From: Octopus bimaculoides
Taxonomy: Eukaryota
Length of the DNA stretch: 64,000 bases
NCBI RefSeq assembly: GCF_001194135.2
Contig: NC_068989.1
Coordinates: 21,758,036-21,822,035 of the forward strand
Direction: 5' to 3'
The position numbers and the translations under genes are program-made. Below, piece after piece: positions 38,374-50,080 of the stretch. The notes below the pieces were generated by a model. It saw nothing but the letters and a program-made list of their open reading frames with translations. It did not search any database and was not told where the DNA came from. Within the stretch, counting starts at the first letter, position 1. Every line of letters begins with the position of its first letter.

Positions 38374-39537
38374 GGTGGACATTGAAATTAGACACTGAGG
38401 GAAAATGGCTGTAACTTTTTTATTTTTTAAGTTAGGCGATTTTCGTTTTCGATAATGTGTTCTATATGTCCCGGTCATGCGATTCCCACTAAAAAATTTT
38501 TTTGCGATTTCGCCCCCCACCCACCCTCGAGGGNNNNNNNNNNNNNNNNNNNNNNNNNNNNNNNNNNNNNNNNNNNNNNNNNNNNNNNNNNNNNNNNNNN
38601 NNNNNNNNNNNNNNNNNNNNNNNNNNNNNNNNGATTTTCATTGTGTTCTACATGTCCAGGTCGTACGAGTAGCCTTCTCGCAACTTAAATGTGAAAATGA
38701 ACGGCTTCAATTTATATTGAAACAGAAAAAGGATCACATGTGGAGTCCCCACCACGAAACTTGATATGCTAGAAATAACAGCTAAACGCGGACAATCCAA
38801 ATCTTGCATTTACTCAGAATTTCACAGAATTTTGTTGATCCCGTTAGTGGGGTTTGTACGAATAGCGTAGAGGCATTTTGGTCACGAATAAAACGTAGGC
38901 TGAAATATAAAAGTGGATCATGCGGTAACATGAAATGGTCACATATTGATGAGGCAATGTACCGCAATTATTACGATATGAAGTGTGAGAATTTGTGGGA
39001 GAACTTTCAAACATTTATTAAGCACATAGCCGAAATATATCCACAGTGATTTCAGAAAGGTAAAGGTTACAGTTTTTTTTGCTTTCGAATTTGCTTTCTT
39101 TTTTTTTTTTTTTAATTTTGTATTTTTCGTTTTCGAATATATGTTCTCTGGTAAAAAGCGTGAAACTCGCAGTTCAACTTTCTGAGTAAATGCAAGATTT
39201 GGATTGTCCGCGTTTAGCTGTTATTTCCAGCATATCAAGTTTCGTGGTGGGGACTCCACATGTGATCCTTTATCTGTTTCAATATAAATTGAAGCCGTTC
39301 ATTTTCACATCTAAGTTGCGAGAAGGCTACTCGTACGACCTGGACATGTAGAACACAATGTCAAAAATGAAAATCCCCCCGCCCCCCGTGGGTGGGTGGG
39401 GGTTCTCAGAAATTTTTTTTAGGGGGAATCGCATGACCGGGACATATAGAATACATTATCGAAAACGAAAATCGCCTAACTTAAAAAATAAAAAAGTTAC
39501 AACCATTTTCCCTCAGTGTCTAATTCCAATGTCCACC
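38374..39537 (+). mobile_element. Non-autonomous Merlin (IS1016/IS1595-related) DNA transposon with about 360-450 bp terminal inverted repeats
   Basis: Termini GGTGGACATTG...CAATGTCCACC. Arms 38374-38819 (contains an N gap) and 39180-39537 are near-identical inverted copies. 8-bp TSD AAAAAAAT at 38366-38373 and 39538-39545. Carries an internal ISXO2-like transposase C-terminus. Confidence 0.9.
38822..39049 (+). pseudogene. C-terminal fragment of a Merlin/ISXO2-like DDE transposase: SQNFVDPVSGVCTNSVEAFWSRIKRRLKYKSG...HIDEAMYR...FIKHIAEIYPQ
   Basis: NFVDP..G..TN..E..W...K and (L/I)DE...R motifs typical of DDE_Tnp_IS1595 transposases; the N-terminal two-thirds is absent. Confidence 0.85.
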
Positions 39538-40439
39538 AAAAAAATACTTTAGTGCGTTATATCATCGCAGGAAAACTAATGTGGTGGTAGTAACAGTAGT
39601 AAAAGTGATATCACACCAGGTGTTGAACTTCCACAACAAAACGAAATTGATGCAAGGGAGGCAACTGCATTTATATGAATAAATGATTTCCAAGTAAAAC
39701 GGCCACATCCTAATTTTTGATCAAATACATCACAACATGAGGAGTACATGTTTTATCGACATGAAAACTGTGGTGGTGGCGGAGAAGGTGATAAAGATTA
39801 TGGTGGCTATGTTCGACAATAAATCGGATGTTAATAGTCGAAACTTAATCTTTTGTATTAGCCATTAAGTATTTTTTAAACTCCCACACTAATCACGATA
39901 AGTTCTGAACAGTACCAAACACGTGTAAACTTGATTAACACAATAGAATTTACTCTAGTTCGGTGACATAACTAAGTAGCTCGCAGTAGCAAAGCCCACC
40001 GAGATAAATATCATTTTAAGTGGAATACTTTCAAGACTGAAGTAGTAAACCAATACTATTGAACATGCTTCTTTTGTCATCATGTCAAAACACAATTGTC
40101 AGCCTACATAAGCAAGATATAATGGGAGTTTCTGTGCACAACAAAACTTTTAGGGCAGCTATTTATAAGAATTGGATGAGATATGATGGCTCAGCCATCT
40201 CTCCCCAGTTCTTATATTAATCATTAAAATTCAGAAATACAACAACACGAGGGATAACGGTAACAACAGNNNNNNNNNNTAATCATTAAAATTCAGAAAT
40301 ACAACAACACGAGGGATAACGGTAACAACAGATCAATAATTTATTCTAGGTTGGTGTAGAGCCGTTTCGTTCCTGGGTGAACAGGCACGCCGCTAGAATA
40401 CCAAAGGAAGATTCGACCACATGTTGGGGTCGAGTTGAG

Positions 40440-40640
40440 ACATACGTGTTGTCACCACCGCTGCTGGATAGAAAAAAGATTGCGTGTTGTCGCCACCGCT
40501 GCTAGAGAGAAAAGAAGGAGAACGCTATTGCTTTCTCTCGACCTGTTGCATTGCGCATGCGTGCTCGGGTACTTCCGCTGACGGCTAGTCCCTTGCACAT
40601 GCGCAATGGCACTTCCCAAGATGGTGGCCACACGCGCCAC
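40440..40640. promoter_or_regulatory. CpG-rich housekeeping-type promoter, probably the SELENOI TSS region and possibly bidirectional
   Basis: Local CpG/GC enrichment in an AT-rich window. Motifs: NRF1-like TGCGCATGCGT (40552-40562) and TGCACATGCGCA (40594-40605), ETS-like ACTTCCG (40571-40577), YY1-like AAGATGGTGGC (40618-40628). Minus-strand donor-like CAC|gtatgt at 40445/40444. Lies upstream of the 5'-most coding exon found. Confidence 0.6.
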
Positions 40641-43600
40641 TACATATTAAACGAAGCGTATTCAAACTGCCTCGTTCACTGTACATGACACAAGCATTGT
40701 ATGGCAGTATTTATTACAGTGCAATACCCAATCATTTATGTATTGTGAGGTTTCCCCCTCCCCAAGTTCTTTAACAGTGCTACGCATCGCAGATCTATCA
40801 ACCAGATTGTTAGGCATAATTCTACCTACATAGATTAAATACATGATTGGATAATATTGTATATACTTAGAATGGAAAATGATTTTACTAAGGCTTTTTT
40901 TTTAAGGTCCTTACGCTAAAAACCAGTAAAACCTGGATAACTCTAAATCAGAATAGATTCAACATATACTTATTCGACAACCCTACGAGGAAACAGAACC
41001 CAAAGAAACTAGTAAGTGTTGGCTTTCTACTCAAGCTTGATAAGTTTATAAGTATTAATTGGATAGGAACCTGAACTGGTCCTTCAGCTTACCATTTATC
41101 TAAAACCAATTTGGTATTTGTCATCACAAGATATCTAATTTCTGTCAAGAGAATACTGTCATAGCTTGTAATGATATAAGTATGTACATTAGAATATAGA
41201 AACTGCTACATTCACACTTTTTCCTGAAACACCAACTACAATAACTGAAAATCAAAAGGTCTTAATTTTGTCTCACTTGCTGTACAGCCCTATATAAATG
41301 GCACCCAGGTTGTTGCATCTACGTGATCTACGAAATAGCTTTCAGCTAAACATTTATTTTCATTGGTAACGATGAATTGTACCAGTAAATTAACGGAGGA
41401 TGTACGGATCGCAAAGGACAGCCATTTTATATACACGTGCTTGCTGTAGTCAAAAGGTACTTTACGTTTCAGAAAAGGGCTCAAAACCTACACAACGCTA
41501 CAAAATTATGCTCTCTGGTGGTTTCTATTTACACCTAGATTGCCAGCGTCATTATCTTCTTCAAGTATACTACGAAGCACCGGCAATATGATACGATGAA
41601 CTGGCCTTATGTAACTTAACAAATAACTGACAGATATTTGTATTTGCAGAACCAACATGTTCATGCTAAGGAAATACGTAAATGAAATATTGAATATTAG
41701 AAACATAGAAAGTGATTTATTACTGTCGTGTGTTAAAGTCAAGAATTTGCTTAGATAAAAGTAGAATCCCGAATACAAATGTTTAAAAACTACACAATAC
41801 CCAAACTTTGTTGAGAGCAGTGTCATGTTAGTTACCTAGGCAAGAAGGAAGCTAATCCTATTGGAATTAACTGTAACCTGGTAATAGAGGATGAAGCAGG
41901 CTCAAGAGAAGGAGAGCTAAGTACAAAAGGAAACTGAAAGAATGCAACATGAATGGGTGGAGAACGAGGTGTTTACCAGTGGAGGTTGGAAGACGAGGAT
42001 TTGCATTCGTACTCTCAGTAAGACCTTTGGAACTCTGAGTATTACAAGAATGAGCAGAAAGTACGTAAAACTAGCAAACAAATATACATGGATAAAAATT
42101 CGTTATTAGCCACAGAAGAAGTATTAGTTCAGAATAGCATTCTGCATAGCTTACTTAACATAGATATACTGTAAAAAAAAAAAAAAACCCACAGTGGTAT
42201 TCGTTTTAAGACAGAATCTCTTATAGATGTATAGATCTAAAATGCACACAAGTATCACGAATAGACCTAACGCGTTCAGTAGAGATGATCAATAAACAAC
42301 AAATACAAAGTCATAATCGTGGTTAAGAAGCTCGTTTTGCAACCACATGGTCTCAGGTTCAATACCACTGAGTAGCACCTTGGTCAAATGTCTTCTACTA
42401 GTCTTAGGCCGGTCAATGTCTTGTGAATGAATTTGGTATATGGAAATTGTGTGGAAGCCTGTCGTATATACACGTGTGGGGGGGGGGGGTATTGTGTTTG
42501 TTTGTTTGTCCCCCATCTCACCGCTTGACAACTGCTTTGGGCTTGTTTATGTCTTCGTAACGTGGTAATTAGGAAAAAGAGCCTGACAGAATACCAGGCT
42601 TTAAAGAATAAGTACTGGGATCGATTTGTTTCACTAAACCCACCAAGGCCACAATCCAAGGCTGAGGGAAACGGGAGTTTTAAGTTTCCGCCTTCAGTCC
42701 TCTTCGGAGATAAGGAGCAAACTATGCCAACCACCTTCACTGTGTTACGGTCAAAAATAGTTGTCCACTTGGTAGAGCGGAGATCTATTATTTGTGAATT
42801 AATTTCTTCTAGAAATATCTGTCTGTATTACCATGTCACACAATCGACATTTAAATAAACAATGTCATTCACAAACACAGAGACCAAATGTTCTCAAAAC
42901 AAAAATCACAAACAACTATATTGTTTGTCTGAAGAAAACCTTTATGACTATAGAGACGGCAAAATATGCAGTAAAGTAGAACCAACATATGCACCAAATG
43001 ATTGGTTATATTAAGAATATCTGAGATTTGATAAGGTATATTAAAGAGTTTTTGCATCGTCTATATGATGAATCAATATGTAAATCGATAAAGCACTAGG
43101 ATTATTTTAACGTGGTATCTGACCCATTTTCTTGTCAACGATCACTATGACCAATTTTTCTGCGCCCAATTCGACAAACTACTTTAAAATACAACTTTTG
43201 TAATTGGTTGTAATTGGCGTTCAGAAAGATCAACTGGGTACGTCCTGAGAAAACCAAATATACAACTGACGTTTCTTATGAATGAAAACGATAAGGATGC
43301 AGGTCTTTATTTTGTTGGCAGTAACTTTATGGAGGACACATTTTACAAGTTTAATCAAAGTATGGTCAGATGTAACATTAGATTTAATGATGCTGTGATC
43401 TTGCCATGAATAGAGATCAATGGTAAAGCAGTTTGACGAGTGTTTAGGGCAAAACATCTATATTGCGGAGCACTTAAAGAAACGGAAGAGGGTTGCATTG
43501 CTTAAAACTTGCAACACCACTCGAAGCAATGTAGAACACTTCAAAGCCTTTAAAATGCATGTATGCGATTTTCTTGAAAGTTCTCTTCTGGAAACATTTT

Positions 43601-45927
43601 AAACTTTACTTCCATTGAGATATTTAGGCTTTAAATTTGTAATGACGAAATATATATATATATAAACACGATCAACTAAGTCATTATCATTTACGGTAAC
43701 AATATGACATTGTATGTCTGCAAAAATAAAGCTTGTCTGAAAATAAGTGGTGTGTGTGTGTGTATGCACACACATACACACACTTCCCAAGTAATGACAA
43801 CCAGACTTGTAAAGCCGTTGCGAATTTTCCTGTCTGGGGAGGTCTTTAATGCAGTGTGTGTGTATGTGTGTAAATAAATGGCCTGTAATAAATAAGAAAT
43901 AAAGATACAGTGTAATGAACGCCACTTTACTCGCTGTTAAAAGTATTATCAGCAGTCTGATCAAACAAAACTACATTTTAGAGTAAAAGGCATTTTCATA
44001 AAGCAAGAAAAAAAAAAAGAGAGAGACCAACATATATTTGCACCATTGGAGATCGATAATGAATACATGTTCAATGTTAAAAGTGGGTTAGCTTTGCGTT
44101 TTCTGTTATTCTAGATGTCAATATTTCGTGATTTAGAATTAATTGTATATTAAGCAAACATTTATTTTTAATCAATGTCTCCAATGGGCTTAACAAAAAG
44201 TTATTGTCTTTGGTTTTTCTCATTTACCATTAGGGAGGGCGGGGATTATAAATCATGTTCTCTTCAGCTGAAATAGTTCTGTACAATGAACAGTGAATTA
44301 GAGTGTAAGGTGCTCTTGCACAGTATCAGATTTCAGATAACTGACTGACTGCCTGCGAATCGAGCGCCAAACATGTTCAGTGTCAATTTTGTACCTTTCA
44401 CTATCTCGCCGGAACCTGGAACCATTGCGTATCTATGGATTCCTGTTACGTCAAGAAATATGACTGGATGATTTTTTTCAAACAATCACACATCACAAAG
44501 TCAATATTCCACTGGTAAAGTATCATTTTGATACTCACACTTTTCTATGTTGAGGAAGTATTTGATCCATCTTAGTTTCAATTATTGATCAAAGCCTTGT
44601 GAGTGGATTCGGTAGACGGAAACAAAAAGAAGCCCGTCGTGTATGTGTGTGTGTGTGTCCATCACCGCTTAACAGCCTGCGTTGTTGAGTTTGCGTCCCC
44701 CTAACTTAGCGGCTCGACAAAAGAGGCCGATAGAGCAGGTACTAGGCTTTAAAAAAAAAAGTCCTGGGGTCGATTTGTTCGACTAAAACCCTTCAAGGCA
44801 GTGCTCCAGCATGGCCGCTGTCAAATGACTGAAACAAAAGAATATCACATACGAGCCAAGCAATATTCGGATAGCTGGTTATTTTTACACTTTCATTGTA
44901 AAAGGAGTAGATACTCTATCCCCAACACGATTTCAATCAGATATAGTTTTTGGTCGATAAAACTAAGTATTAGAAATTCTGCTATATAGTCCTTGTTCTA
45001 CTTCCTGGATAGAGTGTTTGAATCAAGAGAAATACTGCCAGCGATTTAACTACAATCCCTCTCATCCGTCCGACTGGTCAGATGGATGTAATCAATAGTC
45101 AGTTATGTACAGCTGCAACTCGACATATGCGGAAAATGGGGATAGGAACGGAATTCCAGAGGATCGACGTATTGGGAAAGAAGGATTGTAGGGGCTAGTG
45201 GCACTGAATATTGCAGGGCATAAGAGGAGAGAGATAGAAAGGACGATGAAAGAAGACGCGAAGGGCGAGTTTGGATAGAGATAGAATGTATTTAGCGGTG
45301 ACTGTCAAACAGTAGGCTGGCTGGCTGGCTTGCTTGCTTGCTTTCGCTTCTGTGTCTATGATGATGGGAGCAGTATTATTACTTTGTAGTGTATCTATTA
45401 ATACAGTTGTAGTATTCAAACAATGCCATATAATTCTTCATATTCATGTATTCAAATTACATTCAACGGCTATCCGGTTATAAATAAATGGAGCATACTT
45501 TTACTCAAGTGTGTGCATGGAATTTCTGGCTGGCAAGGAAATATTTCCTAACGGGAAAAAAAAGTTGGTATGTTTTAGACACGTGCGTACACACACAAGC
45601 ACACTTTTCAGTCTTAGCACTGCAGCCAAGGTGGAGCACCAACCATAAACGCTTTGTTGATTACATCAACCCTAATACTGTCTAGTACAAATTGATGCTG
45701 CAAAGTGATAGAAATGAAGCAAAATATCAAAGTACTTTTGTTGGGCCATCAGCCAACGAGACATTCACACAAATATTTTCAGTTCTATTTTTCCTGCTTG
45801 CATCACCATACCTATATATGTGATACGTGTCTTTGTGTTTGACCCCAGCACCACTGACAACAGGTATTGGCTGGTTTACGTCTCTGTAACTTAGTGGTTC
45901 AGCATAAGTACCAGGCTTTAATCTGTG

Positions 45928-45972
<45 letters not shown>

Positions 45973-46248
45973 GAGAATATACGAAAAAACAACAACAGAC
46001 GAGGATAGGTGGTGTAAATAACAAAAGGATGTATTAGTATGACGCTCGGGAATACGGAAAGTCTTTGACGTTTCGAGCTACGCTCTTCAACAGAAAGAAT
46101 ACGGAGACAAGGAGAAAAACACGGAGAAAAAAAATTGAATAGTGTCCAGTCAACGGTCAATCATAATAATGGCTGATCATAACAATGGCTGACCGGAAGT
46201 TAGAAATTCTTTTATATATATATATATATATATACATACATACATACA

Positions 46249-47189
46249 TAGGGTGCATAAGGTATCTGAGGACATAAACAAAGTTTGTAAGGAGCTAGAG
46301 ACTGAAGATGGAAACATATCACCAGTATCAAAGCATAAAAAGCATTATAAATGCTCTGAAATTATCAGAACACCTGAATTTATCCAGCAAGTTCAACACA
46401 CCATTTATTACAATCCCAGTAAGTCAATGAGGTCAATTGCAAAAGATCTCCATGTGTCAGGAGGAACAGTCAGAAATGCTGCCCATGAAGACATCAGATA
46501 TAAGTCTTATATGATGAGGAAAGATCAGTTTGTCAGAAAAAGCAAAAGAAAATCACCACATCAGATCTAAAAGGTTCTTAAACAAACTGAAAAATCCAGC
46601 AGCAGAAGATTTAATTTAGTTTTTCTCAAACGAGAAAAACGTAAACCAAGATCAAAAAGTTAACAGAAGAAATGACAGATGGTTATGTGCAGAGCCTTCT
46701 GAAGTTCCAAGTGTTATGCATACAAAATTTCCTGCAACTGTCATGATTTTAGGGGTTGTCAGCAATGAAGGACATGTGATGCCTCCTTACTTCTTTCCGC
46801 CGCCTATATTGAGGTCCTGGAAATAATTGTTAAGCCCTGGATAGATAGACAGTGTATGCAATGGAAGGCCATATATGTTTCAGTAAGACTGCACTATAAC
46901 ACAGGAATTTTCATCATCATCAGATAGACAGATAGAAAATATTCATGATCACATTGAAAGCTGCCATAATCGGAGTAATGTCCAAAATGAACCAGGACCA
47001 ACTGATTCGAGCATGTAGATGATTTAGATCTCATATAGAAGCAGTTGTTGAAGCTGAAGGTGGCTTTATTGAATAACATTATAGAAAAGGTTTATTTTTA
47101 TCCTCATAGCATTTTTTGATACGTTATCTGTCATTATATATATGTTTCTTATAAACATAAATTTGTCCTCAAATATCATATGCACCTTG
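46249..47189 (+). mobile_element. Degenerate Tc1/mariner-superfamily element, DD37D (maT/Bmmar1)-like
   Basis: TIR TAGGGTGCATAAGGTATCTGAGG / CCTCAAATATCATATGCACCTTG. NPSKSMRSIAKDLHVSGGTVRNAAHEDIRYKSY and QKVNRRNDRWLCA..SEVP.VMHTKFPATVMILGVVSNEGHVMPPYFF resemble maT-type transposases. Confidence 0.8.
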
Positions 47190-48302
47190 GATGGATAGAT
47201 AGATAGATAGATACAAAAGAACCAGGGTTAATTCGTTCGACTAAAACCCTTCAAGCCAGTACTCCAGCATGGCTGCAGTCTAATGATTGAATAATGTAAA
47301 AGATGAAGGTGTGTATGTGTGTGCGCGCGGGCATGTATAACTTTTATAATGTTGTTAGTGTGCCATAATACTTTTGGTGCCTTATTCAGTGTGCCATGGA
47401 TCAGAAAAGGTTTAAAAATCGCTGACCTAAATTGATAAGAAGAGAGCAAGGTCAGAATGACTAATAAACTTTTTAATCTTCTTTATGATCATCTACAGCA
47501 ATATATTAGCCCCGCCTCAACACCAAATCTCTAGATCACGTTCCATTAAATGCAGTCATAAATTACAAACCAACACAAAATGTTAGTCCCTGCAAATTGA
47601 ATATAGCATCTTAATGTCAATTTATAGTAATCTTGCACTGATCAACAAGAAAGTCTCGAGGCAATAAGTCGGTTTCACTCAAATAGTTAGAAACAGCAAC
47701 TAAATCTTTCTTCATATCAGTCTACTGTTTTCCGGAAAAAACTAACAGTAAGCATATTGGTGGTGTGCACACTGTTAAATAGGGCAGTGTTTCATAATGA
47801 CCTTTTCAATTCAGAAGACAATTTATTTTTTTTTATTCAAATCGATATCAAAACAATCTTGCAAATTAATGGTCAAAGAATGTAGAGCAAGTGACTTCAA
47901 AAGATATTCATGGTATATTAGAACTAATGATATGATTTCTAAAAATTGAGGGCAGGTGGTCATTACGACCTGCTAGAAATAGCAGTTAAATCTCATTTCA
48001 ATTATATGCTACTATCTTTAAAGAAAACAATATGATTAGAGATGGAACAACCTTGAATATTGTATGGTCAACTAGGGCTCTTCTTGACTTAACAGAAACT
48101 AAAGAATTAGTCATTTAGAAAATGAATGTTCTCATCACAAATTTTGATTAAAATTTCTTAGCTGACAGCATCAATTATGTTAGCAACTACTAAGCTAATA
48201 CAGCTATTCTATAGTTTTTTTGTTTTTTTTTTAGCTGCTATATAAAGCAGAATTTCATTCACTTACCTTAAAAGCAAACAATAAAAAGGTATTTATTAAG
48301 TA

Positions 48303-48690
48303 ATCATCATCATCATCATCGTTTAACGTCCGCTTTCCATGCTAGCATGGGTTGGACGATTTGACTGAGGACTGGTGAAACCGGATGGCAACACCAGGCT
48401 CCAGTCTGATTTGGCAGAGTTTCTACAGCTGGATGCCCTTCCTAACGCCAACCACTCAGAGAGTGTAGTGGATGCTTTTACGTGTCACCCGCACGAAAAC
48501 GGCCACGCTCGAAATGGTGTCTTTTATGTGCCACCCGCACAAGCCAGTCCAGGGGCGCTGGCAACGATCTCGCTCGAAAATCCTACAGGAGCCAGTCAGG
48601 CGGTACTGGCAACGGCCACGCTCAAAATGGTGCATTTCATGTGCCACCCGCACAAGAACCAGTCCAGGGGCACTGGCAACGATCTTACTT
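48303..48690 (-). mobile_element. SINE family C (long form with internal ~113-bp modules)
   Basis: (CAT)n tail plus gtttaacgtccgctttccatgctagcatggg...ggatgcccttcctaacgccaacc, followed by repeated ccacgctcaaaatggtg...gtgccacccgcacaag modules. Confidence 0.85.
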
Positions 48691-49644
48691 GGCTGATGTA
48701 GACAATTAAACAAAGATTTCACAAAATGGGAAAAACTGTGTAGTAACTCTCAAGTAGAGCAATGATCACACTGTCTTTATTCAGACAATATACCAACAAC
48801 TATATAATCTAAAGTGAGGTATGATTTGGCTGTTGTTTCTAGGCTGTGCTCCAACATAGTGACTCTTCAGTTGGGTAAATATATTTATCATTCTGTTCAG
48901 CATGAATATCAGACAGTGAGAGCCATAACAGAAATATCTAGCACTGATAATGGGTTTCGGGTTTTGTGGGTGGGAGAAGACAATTTAACTGAACCAATAG
49001 TTGAACAGTTCTTTCTTTTATTATCCATCAGAAAGAGACATATCAGGTGACTTCAGCAGAATTTTAATAAAGAAACGTATCCAAATAACAAAGGTCATTT
49101 TATTCACTTCTTTGAGGATTTTGTTAATCCATTTCCTCTTGAAGAAAGAAAAATGCCAAAAGAGAAGCTGCAAGAAAAAGCTACGCATTGTCTTCAGAGT
49201 GGAGCTATATTAAGCAAGTAAAGAACAAAGGCTTCCTTAAATATCAAAACACTTCAAGGTATGTGAAGTGTGATGCAAGCTGAAAAGGAAAAAAAAACTA
49301 AGAAAACAAGAAAAAGAAGTCAAAGTTTATAAGCAACGGTTGACAAACAGAGCTCCCTCTCTCACTGGGAAGAAAGGTCAGAGGTGGGAGCTGAGAGATT
49401 ACCAAGATAAAGAATGACAATTGGATAAAGAGAGTATAGTACAAATATTTGACCCAATAAAAGCCAGCTGTATTATATAGTTTCATAAAGTCAGCCGAGA
49501 GGGAATTAACACACATTACTGATAACAATGTAATATTACAGTTGGACCCAAGAAAAGGTATCTGGTGATGACATGACAGCACTGATGATAATTAATTTCA
49601 AATTTAGGTTTCACTGCTGCAGATTTTGGAAGATACTCTTTTAT

Positions 49645-49869
49645 CCTTTTACTTATTTCAGACATTTGACTACGGCCATGCAGGAGTACCACCTTGAAGG
49701 GATTTTTTTTAACTGAAATAAATCAACACCAGGACTTATTTTTTAAGCCTACTACTTATTTTATCAGTTTTATTCTTTTTTGTCAAACCGCTACGTTATG
49801 GAGACATAAACACACCAACATCAGTTGTCAACCATTGATGGAGAGGTGGACAAACAGACACAAACACAC

Positions 49870-49913
<44 letters not shown>

Positions 49914-50080
49914 CATACATACACACACACGGGTTTCTTTCGGTTTCTGTCTACCAAATCCACTCGCAAAGCTTTGATCAGCCTGAGGCTAGAGTAAAAA
50001 CCACTTGCCCAAGGTGTCATGCAGTGGGACTGAACCCGGAACCATGTAGTTGGGAAGCATGTTTCTTACACAGCCATGCC
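49645..50080 (-). mobile_element. SINE family A (diverged)
   Basis: Same blocks as 26406-26794 with more substitutions. Confidence 0.8.

Noticed and set aside
45379-45428. Minus-strand MALFEYY… resembling the human MAGYEY start
   Set aside because: The donor phase is incompatible with the phase-0 exon at 34817 and the peptide lacks GFDKYK.
48460-48690. Regularly recurring GC-rich motifs that might suggest a CRISPR-like or repeat-protein array
   Set aside because: No unique spacers; the units are degenerate internal modules of a eukaryotic SINE, present again at 54.5 kb.
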